A stretch of DNA of 63,618 nucleotides, counting the filler, from Octopus bimaculoides (Eukaryota): assembly GCF_001194135.2 (NCBI RefSeq). It is 9 parts of 5 records of this genome, joined end to end, with 100 filler letters (N's around TTAATTAATTAA, not from the genome) between each part and the next. Parts side by side here need not be neighbours in the genome. Positions count along the whole stretch, not along the records: positions 48,898 to 61,165 come from NC_068987.1; positions 61,266 to 63,618 come from NC_069006.1; 7 more parts are not named here. One strand, given 5' to 3'. Of this stretch, positions 51,341 through 63,618 are shown piece by piece. A program made the translations under genes and the position numbers. The notes below the pieces were generated by a model. That model worked only from the letters and a program-made list of their open reading frames with translations, had not been told where the DNA came from and did no database searches. Each line of letters starts with the position of its first letter. Positions within the stretch are counted from its first letter, which is position 1.

Positions 51341-52124
51341 GAAATTAAAGATTAAAGATTAAAGTTATATATATTTTTATTAGCATGAATATCATACTAC
51401 CATTTCTTCATACTTCGGATATGTGTAGATTAAGATCCCAGTTGACAGGGCCGCTTGTATGTGTAATCATAGCTAGTTAAGTTTTCTAATCAGGATGGTC
51501 AAAGTCCTAACGTTACTGTACGCTCTACAGAACACAAGACGTCGAATCCTGGTGGTACTGCAAATCCTTCTCCTCCTCCTCCTCCCCTCCATTATATATA
51601 TANNNNNNNNNNNNNNNNNNNNNNNNNNNNNNNNNNNNNNNNNNNNNNNNNNNNNNNNNNNNNNNNNNNNNNNNNNNNNNNNNNNNNNNNNNNNNNNNNN
51701 NNNNNNNNNNNNNNNNNNNNNNNNNNNNNNNNNNNNNNNNNNNNNNNNNNNNNNNNNNNNNNNNNNNNNNNNNNNNNNNNNNNNNNNNNNNNNNNNNNNN
51801 NNNNNNNNNNNNNNNNNNNNNNNNNNNNNNNNNNNNNNNNNNNNNNNNNNNNNNNNNNNNNNNNNNNNNNNNNNNNNNNNNNNNNNNNNNNNNNNNNNNN
51901 NNNNNNNNNNNNNNNNNNNNNNNNNNNNNNNNNNNNNNNNNNNNNNNNNNNNNNNNNNNNNNNNNNNNNNNNNNNNNNNNNNNNNNNNNNNNNNNNNNNN
52001 NNNNNNNNNNNNNNNNNNNNNNNNNNNNNNNNNNNNNNNNNNNNNNNNNNNNNNNNNNNNNNNNNNNNNNNNNNNNNNNNNNNNNNNNNNNNNNNNNNNN
52101 NNNNNNNNNNNNNNNNNNNNNATA

Positions 52125-52156
<32 letters not shown>

Positions 52157-52306
52157 GTGTAGGTATCAGTTAGAGGGGTTTAATTCCTCAAAGGGATAAT
52201 TAAATCCAGGATCGCTCCTAGTTTTTACCTGGGTAGGTACAGTATTTTGTAATGGTTATACGGTAGCAGCTGGTTCGGTTGGTAAACCGAAGTTTAGGTT
52301 ATATAG

Positions 52307-52443
52307 GAGAAGAAAATGGATATAACAACAATGGGAGACTCGTGGTTTTCGCTGGTATGTCTTTAATTAATTAGATTTGATTAATTAAATACATACCAGC
52401 AAAAACCACGAGTTTCCAATGTTATTATATCCATTTTCTTCTC
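52307..52443. repeat. Near-perfect foldback hairpin (about 65-bp arms, 8-nt loop)
   Basis: gagaagaaaatggatataacaacaatgggagactcgtggttttcgctggtatgtctttaattaat versus its reverse complement, about 6 differences. Confidence 0.92.
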
Positions 52444-52449
52444 TCTCTT

Positions 52450-52530
<81 letters not shown>

Positions 52531-53097
52531 ATCGTGAGGTAATATTTATCTCCACTTAAACGTGTGTGTTCTATTGGAACAAACTATACTGCAGTAGTTA
52601 CCATATGTATATGTGTGTGTGCGTGTGTGCGCGTGCATTTTGTGCGCGTGCGCGTGCATTTTGTGCGCGTGCGCGTGTTTATGCGCGCGTATATGTTTAT
52701 ATGTATGTATGCATGTATGTACGAATTATGTATAATTTACTACATTACTGAAATTACGAATGAGAACTTCCAGTTTTCTTTCGTGGGATTAGATACAAAG
52801 TGAAACGGTGTGAAGAAACGTATCGAAACGAGTTTTTTCTATTAACCGAACTAAATATTCTCTCTCGAGGCAGAAAATACCTTCTAAAACATTAAGCATG
52901 GAATTAGATTCTTAGTAGTATTATCTGTATACCAAAAATTCCATATAAACACAACTGATTACCTCTTAACTCATCTTAATCGAAGTATAAATCACTAAAA
53001 GCGATCAACGAATAATTATAAGTAATTATAAATAATTCGCGACTACGATATAAGTTTCTGGTGAAGAAACAAAACACATTTACGTAAATATGTGTGT

Positions 53098-53144
<47 letters not shown>

Positions 53145-53204
53145 CGCATCATAGATGTTGGGTATTTCTCTTTATGTATGTATGTATGTATGTATGTATG
53201 TATG

Positions 53205-53237
<33 letters not shown>

Positions 53238-53508
53238 CTATCTATCTATCCCAATCTATATTGATTCGCCTCCATCAGCAAGCCAACCAACCAACCAACC
53301 TCCAGCCCTCCCACTTTAACATTGTATGTAGTTGTGTTACAGAAAGAAACATCTATTCTGACACTGAAAATTTGTTTCCCAGAAGTAGATCGATTAAGAC
53401 CAATCAGCAGAGTTGCGACAAGAGAATGGTTTCGATAGAATTCACTAATGGATGCCACAAAAACGCACATGCACACATTAGACATACGCGCACGCATGCA
53501 CGCACATT

Positions 53509-53551
<43 letters not shown>

Positions 53552-54659
53552 CACGCACACACAAACATCTCACTCTGATCACACACGCAAGTATATGCGT
53601 ATGCATATAAACTCGTACAATACACTTGCACAGAACCACACATACACGTTGGTGTATAGCATGTATACATACATGTACATATATATATTCCACGCACTGA
53701 CGGTGCAGACCACTCAATTTCAGACACACTCAGCGCAACACGTATAGTATACATGCAACACACACAAACAACACACATACACACAACACACCGACAACGA
53801 ATACATATACACACACACAAACAAATAAACACATATGCACGTATCCGTTCACACACATACATTCACATATGCACAATACTGAAACGCGCACCGCACAACC
53901 ATCACATCGCCTAATCTCAAACACTTGCGCATTTACATACATACACATACACACACATACACACACATACACGTTCATGCACATACAGAGGCTCACACAC
54001 TCACACAGACACAAACGAATAAACATATACATATAATCATACAACAGACACACAAACACATACACACAAACATACAAACAACACGCACAAACATACACAC
54101 TTATGCACTAAAAGTAAAATAACAACAAATACACTTGCTTAAAGAAAATGAAATATAAAAAAGACAGAAACAAAGTAAAAAGAATTGGTAATAAAACTAC
54201 TTCCAACTTGATGACATTCGTTAATTGGCTGCTGTGTTTTATGGAAGCTGATGTCTACTGAGTTGTCACTTGTCAAAATTAGTGAGAAAAGCATTTTAAC
54301 ATTTATTTAAAAGAGAACAGTGTGCGGACATTCAGCTAGTATTGTTTTCTAGAAAAGCAATAGAGCGAGGCAACACCACAAGAAAACGTTGTAGTATTGC
54401 TTCCTGCTTGTACAGGTGTTATAGTATAGTTGGCAGTTAAAGTGGTAACCAGTGTAATTAATGTTGTGTAAAAAGAAATAATAATTTATAAATAAAAGTA
54501 AAATTATAGTGAGGAAGGGAAATTTACTCTCTGACTAATTCTTATCAAGAAAGGCAGGGGAGACAACACCAACTTATAATTAATTAAAAATAATTTAAAA
54601 TATTGAATACAAATGCGTTTGACGCCAGTTCTTTTGTAGAATGTTGACAAATTTGGACA

Positions 54660-57400
54660 CATTTCCATCTTCTTCATCCTCATCAGTGAGATGTATATTA
54701 ACCGAAGCTGCCGAAGCTTGGATGATATTAGAAGAAATTATATTAGTTTCTATTAAATGAACAAGAATTGGTGATAACATTTCATAAGAATGACTGGGAA
54801 GCACACTCAGTGTCGTTTATCATATGAAAAATAGTGAATTAAATGGGAAATTAGGGATAAAATTTTAATTAAATTTAGTTTAAAATTATCCCTGATGAAG
54901 AGAAAGTATTATATATTAGTTATTGCTTTTACCATCCAAAGCGACTTTAATTGGGCTTGCACTATATCAGTAATGTATCCTTCTGTCACATTTTCTAGAG
55001 TACATTATACACTATATTCTATTTCTTTTACAAGACTTTACAGGTTTGGGGGTAACTCGACTGGAATTTTTAGCTAACGGATGAACCACCTGATGCCTCC
55101 CTAGATGCTTTGTAGTATAGCTTAGTATAATTTAATAGTTTAATATTGTATGGAAGAATGGCTTAGAGATGTGATATTGATAACATAAAGCCATAATTAA
55201 TATAACGGTGATAAAGTGATCAATAAGTGAGAGATAGTTGCAAGTATAGAATCAGGCAAGACATGAATAATCGAATATTGATCACTAGAATACTGATCAC
55301 GTATCGATCTTGAAGATTCCACTTTCAATCAAAATTTTTCGTTGGTTACTGTAGCTAACTCTATGTTCAAACAAAAGTTTGTTGTGGATGAAGGGACATA
55401 TAGCACGTATATATTCGGTCGAAGTCCTCGGTGTTGCTCACAAATATATTATTTTAGATATACCATGCCTCTGACAGTGGTTCAAATTACACACTAACAA
55501 ATAGTAGTTAATTGTATGGGTGCAGTGTTGCAGTTTAGACATGCTGTACGCTCTCCAAACTTTGTGGTTTTTCAGTCTTAGCCACAGAAAGAATGAACAA
55601 AGTGAATTCAGTGAGAGAGTGACAATTAATATTCCTCTGTAGACATCATTGATTATGTGTATTCCAGCACAATATCTGGGATTATAATACTTTTGTTCAG
55701 ATTCCAGACTCTGAGGATTCGGTAGTGTTGACACAAATAGTAGCACATTTTGGTGCCCAATGGTTCAAAATATTTTTGTAGTGTGTTAAACGCCAGGTTC
55801 TCTGAATCTTGCCTTTTCAGTGTTTGATAAAAGAAAGGTGTACAATCACCGACTAACTGGGATGTGTGTATTTAATGCAGTGCATTCGCGTGTTCCATGT
55901 TTTTATTTTTTGCTGACTCATTCTAAGAAATGTCTGACAAGGGAGTTTACTTACTCTACATGGGGTGGGGACTACTTGAAATCACTTGTTGCGTGGTGTA
56001 TCCGGTGCTCCTTTTTGTTAATGTTACTAAATTGTTTTGTTCAGTGTTTGACGGCCCATTTTGTTGTTTACGTGTTTGTCAGTTTTCTTTGTTTCTTTGA
56101 TATTTTCTTTCTTATTTTCCGTATTTAGTTGATTCATATTGCGTTGCTCTTTAATATCAGGCTGGATCTGCTGGAACAAACATACAATCAAGGACATCTC
56201 AATCATGTCCATCGCATTTTATTTCTCAGATTTGTGTCTCTGGACTGCATTTTCCTACGCATCTTTCCCTTTTGAAAATAGTTGAGATATAATTTCAGGA
56301 TCATTGGGATACTATTTCAAACAAGTAAACCCTTCACTTACAATTCCAAATTATATCGTAATGCTGGGTTTTATACCAGTTTTGTGTGGTGTTGTATTTT
56401 ATGTTAGACTGTTGTGTGCTATTATAAAAATATTAAATTATACTAAGCTATGCAACAAACTAGTGAACAATTAGTGAACTATTATGATGAGTTAAAAATT
56501 GTGGGACAGTGAACGATGATGTTTAGACATAGTGAACGATGCGGCAAACAATGTAACCTGAAAAAAAGACGGGATAGAAAGGCATAGTAGATACTCGTTC
56601 ACCAATGATAGAAGGCTAGGTGCTCACGGTTTTTTTTTCTTTTTATCAAATATCTACTAGATTAAGATCGTCTTGAAGGCTAAGCATAAACAAAGTTATA
56701 TAGCATAGTTCTCATCACTAGCGGTGTAATTTTAAATAACTGAAAATGTCTTCGTTTGCTTCGTGAATTTTAGTTGGGTGGTGGAAAATATAGAACATTA
56801 GACAAATTACCTTGCGATATTTCTTTCAGCTTTTTACGTTCTGAGTTAAAATTGCGGTGATGTCACCTTTGCTATTTGATGAAATAGTATGCAAGTCAAG
56901 TAGTGTGGAGAAATAAAATCGACTGACCTTTGTCCCCAGAATATCTGGCCTTCTGGCAACAGTAGGAACATAGAATACTTCAGTCAAAGCATCAAGACGT
57001 ACATACATTTTAAAAAGTCTTGAGAATTTGATAGTAGGTTGTACCGTTCAAATTTTAAACACGTGCAGTGAGTGTTGGCAGCGTTTACCTAATCGCTGCT
57101 ATGTTTCACATTTCCATTATCTGATCGAAATTTATGCGGCGAACATCCCAACTTCATTTCTGGTAAATTATGCTCAGAACGAATTTATGAACTTTGATAT
57201 TTGGCTCTTAATTCCAGAAGATCAATCGTGTAGATGTATCTCCGTTGTATCTTAAACTAGAAGGCAAGATGAAAACTACAAAGGTGTTTCGATGCCACTG
57301 AGAATCTTATCTTGAGCTTTAGGACTTGGTACAGGTAATTTGAAGAGGCTAGCATTCTTGAAGCTGCATTGACAAAAACAGAAAAAAAAAGAAAAGAAAA
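54660..57400 (-). pseudogene. Probable fossil AcademX-type DNA transposon ORF (transposase, XPG-like nuclease, Cys-rich C-terminus)
   Basis: Colinear degenerate motifs on the minus strand: LFSKG.MR (about 56250), FLLSNTEK (about 55820), HFVHSFCG*D (about 55590), ELPP (about 55050), FGW (about 54935), ASQSFL*NVITNSC (about 54780) and an acidic tail. Many stops. Confidence 0.4.
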
Positions 57401-58994
57401 AAATGAACCGAATGCTAGTTTCATAATACTCTTACTGACTAGATAGGCAAATTTTTACTACCTATTAGTAAACATTTTAATGTTGATTTAGTAGACTATT
57501 TCATAGTTCTTATATAGATTCAATGGTAGACCTACATTAAATAGCGAATGGTCCTATAGAGCAACAGCATAAAAATAAAAGCAATGCATATTGTATTATA
57601 TGAACAGATACTAGAAAATAAGTTACGGAAGGCATTACTAAAACCTTTAGAGTCGGAACACCGTGGCTTAGGGGAGGCGAGTCATATGTAGTTACGCCGT
57701 AAATGTTCACTGAAAATAATTTTCTTCACAACACGTTTTCTGTTCTTTCAAAGTATAGGGCATTTGTGTATGGTAATCGTATAAAAAACAATGTAAATAA
57801 ATGAAAACTGTGTAATGGAAATGGTAATTTAACCATTAATAAGAGCACAGTTGATTGTCGGGCATCATTTTACAACGAAATCTTAAAGAATGATGAAAAC
57901 AACGAGATAAATCAAGTTACAACTATAAAGTCAATAAATTTATGCGACACAATGTTAAATGAATCAAATATTAAGCTATTTCTTTTTTTACTCCAATCAA
58001 GCAGCAGTTTGCTGTCGATGACAAACACCAAATACAATTTGAAAACAAAAGCAACCTGAAACTTACCTATAGTTGTATATCTAACGAGGAGAGTTAGAAT
58101 TAAAAATGGAAAAAAAGAAAACCAAACAAACACTACACGCGCACGCGCGCAGTTGACGCAATGTGTCTGTTACCTATGGAATCGAAAAATATAATCACAA
58201 TGTAAATGTAACGTTTCTATCACGGAATCCTTTCATGGTTTTGAACATAAATAAGGCCCAAGTGAAAACAAAAATTAAGAGGAAAGACGAACAAGAAAAT
58301 GAAAGAAAAAGTAAACCAGAATAATTATTTTGCTGGGAAAAAGACTTGTCTGTTCTGACTGGATTTTAGATCGATATAGATGGCTTTTTAAATCGACTAG
58401 TGATTATAAGATTGTTAGACAATGTTTCTTGGAGACTGCACATCTATTGCTGTACATGAAGTATTAGATACATATATAAATAAGCATGAATGTTGTTATA
58501 TACATACATATACATATATATATACGCACGCGCTCACACACAAACACATACACCCACACCCACATGCGTGAGCGTGTGTGAGTGTGTAAACATATTTATA
58601 TGTGTATGTATATATGTGTACGGCTGTGTGTGTGCGTGTATGCTTGAGATACACAGTCACATAGCTAAAAAAAGTCATGGCAGATACAAAATGCTTCACA
58701 TCTAAGCAATCACTTGTTTAATTATACCTATAAATCATAGGCGCAATATGTGCTTAAGTACGTATATGTGTATCACTTTATATGTATGTTTATATGCACA
58801 CAGACACACACACACATATATGTGTACATATATAAGTATACAAATGCACACATAGAAACAGGCAGACACATACACAGAGTATTTGTTATTCCTACACTAA
58901 ACTGTCTGCAAGAAAATATATCAAGATATATACATACACATACATGCGTATGTACACAATGTATATACAACATATGCACATGATAGTGGTAATG

Positions 58995-59045
<51 letters not shown>

Positions 59046-60074
59046 NNNNNNNNNNNNNNNNNNNNNNNNNNNNNNNNNNNNNNNNNNNNNNNNNNNNNNN
59101 NNNNNNNNNNNNNNNNNNNNNNNNNNNNNNNNNNNNNNNNNNNNNNNNNNNNNNNNNNNNNNNNNNNNNNNNNNNNNNNNNNNNNNNNNNNNNNNNNNNN
59201 NNNNNNNNNNNNNNNNNNNNNNNNNNNNNNNNNNNNNNNNNNNNNNNNNNNNNNNNNNNNNNNNNNNNNNNNNNNNNNNNNNNNNNNNNNNNNNNNNNNN
59301 NNNNNNNNNNNNNNNNNNNNNNNNNNNNNNNNNNNNNNNNNTATATATATATATATGTATACATATATGCATAGATGAGTTATTATTACATGTATGAACA
59401 TGCTACTTGCACACATCGCACTGCTATATATATATATACATTCATATATAACACATATCTATTACGTGTAGGATGATAGATGGCCTTGAGTTTATAATTA
59501 TATTTAAAACCTCACAAAATAAAGTAGAATTAGTATTGGAAGCAATAGTTGCTGCAAAGTTTCATGCTAATGAGAAATGGAGTGAATCGCTTATACACAA
59601 ATTCATACCATTTGACATACATGCATGGAAACATATATACATATATGCATCCGTAAATGCACACACTTGCATAAATACATGTACGTTTATGAATATGTAT
59701 ATGCACATATGCATATATAGGTATGTACATAAATGCACGAAAAATACACTGAAGTAGACATATGAACGATTTGTATATATGCAAATGCATTATCGACTTT
59801 CTGTGTTGATATGGATGTTCTAAGGCATATTGCTAAATGCAGTGGAAACATAAAATATACGTCCACATTATATGCATACATACATACGTACTTATATATA
59901 TATATATCTTTGTGGCCTGTGTGCTTTCTGTGCTCTATTTATGTTCTGTTTCTCATTTTGTCCACGTTTTTTTGTAACGTCCTGTACCCTTAGATATGCA
60001 TCTATATATACGTGTAGATGTAGGTATGTACATACATGTACGTATATATGCATATACTCACATATTATTTGTAT

Positions 60075-60980
60075 TATGAACTTTGAGCCCTTTTTTATTT
60101 TTCAGTAATGACCACACCCTCCACCTTTTCTTAGTTCTTCCCTTCCCTACTACTTCCTAAGATTGACACCCTTGAAAGGACACCAGCCCTTGTGAGAAAA
60201 TGTGTTTATTTACAAATATATTGACAGGAATACAATGAAAAAAGAAACAAGAACAGAGAAAGAAAAATGAAAAAATATTTTGTAATGAACCCACCCCCTC
60301 TCTCTATACTTTTCCCATCTTTTATTATTATAATTATTATTTTTTTCTCCTTTTTCTTGATTGTCCTGAAACCTCTCTCTCTCTGTTTAAGCCCCGCTTT
60401 GCTTTTATTCTCTGTCTGTCTCTATCCCTTTTTCCAAAAAACCAAAAACAAAAAAAAACAAACAAAAGCAATATTAATAACGTGATACTCATCTCTTTAA
60501 ATGATCAGATGTATATATAACATTGGGATTTTAACAACTGTTGTTCTTATAAAACTTACATATACCCGAGAAAGAATATTAGAACCATTTTACCTCTGAT
60601 TAGGAAAGATATCTAATGTAGATACTTGGCAAAGTAATTCGTGATTTTGACTTTAGTTTCCTAATTTATGAATATTGTACAAATATTTAATGTTTGTTCA
60701 TGCAAAACATAGAATTACACAGAATATGGGACTTGGCTATACAGTGTACAAGAATATACATTTTCATAGGACTTTGAGCTTTGAACTCTTTTTTTTTATT
60801 TTGCCGTGATGACCTCACCCTCCCCACTTTTCTTATTTCTTCTATCCGACTCCCTGAAATTGGACACCTTTGAAAGGTCACCAGCCCTTGTGAGAAATTA
60901 TGTTTATTTACAAATATGTTGATATGTATACAATAGAAAAAGGAAAAAGAAAAGATAAAGGAAGATAAATACTTTGTAAT
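60075..60980 (+). repeat. Two direct copies of a unit of about 210 bp, about 700 bp apart
   Basis: 60075-60290 and 60770-60980 share gacacc(c/t)ttgaaagg(a/t)caccagcccttgtgagaaa..tgtttatttacaaatat and flanks. Confidence 0.8.
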
Positions 60981-61074
60981 GAAATTTCAATACAGTGACC
61001 ACAACAAACTTCAAAGAAATTTCGCTCCCCCACTCTCCCACTCTCTCTGTCTATCCTTTCTGCATCTTTTGTTG

Positions 61075-61165
<91 letters not shown>

Positions 61166-61382
61166 NNNNNNNNNNNNNNNNNNNNNNNNNNNNNNNNNNN
61201 NNNNNNNNNTTAATTAATTAANNNNNNNNNNNNNNNNNNNNNNNNNNNNNNNNNNNNNNNNNNNNAAAATAGAACAAAAATACGAATGAAATAGACCAAA
61301 GATAAAATGGTGGCCGCGTGACCTCATTTAACCAAATCACTTCCGATATTGCAACGAACATAAAATACCAAATTAGCTGCGT

Positions 61383-61433
<51 letters not shown>

Positions 61434-61454
61434 AATTATTGTTGTTGTTGTTGT

Positions 61455-61495
<41 letters not shown>

Positions 61496-61777
61496 TCATT
61501 ATCTTCCTCATCGTCGCCATCTTTCTCACTGTTTATTTTGGTCGTTTTCTTTTTTTTTTTTTTGTTTCTTTTACATCTTGTAGTTTCTCTGCTTCTCTAT
61601 CCGCATTTATCTATCCACAGCATCTGACAAATAACAGAGATTCTACCTTCCACCCACCATCGCCACCAAATGTCAAACAGTCAAAGACATCTATAAAAAA
61701 TTTAACGTCCAGTGTTCGGATTTTTCACTGCATGCACCACATTTTACACCATCGCCATCATCAACATCATCACCAAT

Positions 61778-61813
<36 letters not shown>

Positions 61814-61918
61814 AAGAGCAACAACTACTGAAACCACTACTACTACAGTTATTATTACAATAACAACTACTACCACCACCACAACTACCACCACCATCAC
61901 TACCACAACCACCAATAA

Positions 61919-61975
<57 letters not shown>

Positions 61976-62111
61976 AAGAATAACAGTATTATCAAGAATA
62001 TATTTTAATACGAACGCAAAAATTTAGGACGGAAAAAAGAGCTGTAATAAAGAAGGAAGCGAGAGAGTCAGAAAGAGAGACAGAGAACGAAAGAGGGGGA
62101 GATAGAGAGAG

Positions 62112-62154
<43 letters not shown>

Positions 62155-63438
62155 GAGAGTTAAACTATGAAATTGTGAATCTACAAGATTGGGAATTATT
62201 AACAAAAGAAAGCAACAGTGGTGGAAGAGGTGAGTGAAAGGGAAGAAGTTATGAACGAAAGAAATAATTAATGAAATAAAAACTGTAAAGTGAAGATTTG
62301 TTACTTTCCAAATAGAGGTATAATTGCTTAGCGAAACTTTAATCAGAGAAGGGCAAAAGTTGCGGTAAATGAAACAGAACTTTGTTTAATTTGGCGTGCA
62401 ATTTTAAGAATCAATATAGAGAACAAAAACAAAAAGAAGAGCAACAACAGCAGTTGTAATAACGAGAAGTGATTTGTAAAGGAATACGTTACAAATTTTA
62501 GTGTTTCTGATGTGACATTTGAAACTTTTGAAGATAAATACCGTTGTAAGGGGAAGAAAGAAAGGAAGGAAGGTAGAAAAGAAAGAAGGAAGGAAAGAAG
62601 GAGAAAGGAGAGGAAAGAGGAAGGAGAAGGTGGCAGGGGAGGAATCGTAGAAATTGAATTGTAATAAGAAATAGACGTAAGAAGTGAGAGACAGAAAAAG
62701 AGAGAGACATAGAGAAAGAGACGGGGAGAAAGAAAGGAAGAAAGAAAGAAAAGAAAATAGAGAGTCGGGAAAAAGGGAAGAAAGGAAGGAAGGAAGGAAG
62801 TGGATTGTTGAACTCCTTGAATAATATATGCTTAGATTGCCTCAATTTTAGCTTCAGAAGCAGTGTTTGGAATTTTTCAAGTACTTTGATTGCAATAAAT
62901 ATATGAACAAAATAGAAGAGATAAAATGAAAAATAATAAAACATAAAAAGTAATAATAAAAATAAGAATAAACCAACAAATATACATATATATGTATGTA
63001 TATAGATATATAAAACGAATAACATCGCACCAAACATCTGGAACAACAACAAAAACACTCAGTGCTAATCACAAATATAAGGGACAAACAACCTAGATTC
63101 TGCTATTCAAAAAGCAAACTAAACAAAAAATAAAATTAATATAATCATGGGCAAAATGCATATGTTAATATATTTATCCAATTTCACCTGACCTGGGGTT
63201 CAAGAACAAAAACAACGGAAATAAAATATTTATAATAGTAATCGTTTCACGCAAAAAATATTTTATTGGGGGACATGTTAAGCTGCCCTATACTTTTAGC
63301 CTTTCTCTTTGCTAAAAGCGGTATTGTTTAAAAACCTCACTGGCCGTCGAGCTAAAATCTTTATCCGTCATTGTTTAGTTTTCGTGGTTTGGCATAAAAT
63401 TTACCTTAAATAGAGAACACTCACGCACGCACGCACGC

Positions 63439-63478
<40 letters not shown>

Positions 63479-63618
63479 CTTCGCTTGGTGTTAATTTTCG
63501 GAAGAAAGAGTTACTCGACAGCATAGTAATTGTCTTGCAGACCCTGTGCACCCGTAGACAAACTCAGAGTAGAGGCTGACACGACCAACTATATATATAT
63601 ATAAAACTAGTGGTCTTC

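Noticed and set aside
52800-52835. TGAAGA...GAAAC hammerhead-like spacing
   Set aside because: No pairing for stems I-III.
54892-54910. CTGATGA hammerhead core
   Set aside because: No stem II or GAAAC follows.

Overview
Eukaryotic, AT-rich, gap-ridden draft genomic DNA saturated with microsatellites; there is no prokaryotic content and no CRISPR array, operon or rRNA gene. The tRNA-headed SINE families and simple-repeat load point to a cephalopod, probably Octopus (inference from recalled repeat families, not a database hit). Most ORFs in the track are microsatellite or N-gap artefacts. The one clear host coding feature is a giant 3,388-nt plus-strand exon (21375-24762). It encodes about 1,130 aa of acidic/basic, low-complexity protein with nine TQ(V/I)(D/E) motifs in a higher-order repeat, resembling a DNA-damage-checkpoint scaffold; the gene cannot be named from this window. 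A few small candidate exons flank it. The rest is a transposon graveyard: Penelope-like (PLE) remnants with hammerhead-ribozyme motifs (one with complete minimal type-I architecture at the end of a 350-bp foldback), RTE, CR1, L1/Tx1 and REL-type LINE fragments, Tc1, mariner and maT-like transposases, a Ty3/gypsy gag, a probable AcademX fossil, Helitron-like ends and at least four SINE families. TTAATTAATTAA spacers between N runs are assembly linkers. Boundaries of degraded repeats are approximate.
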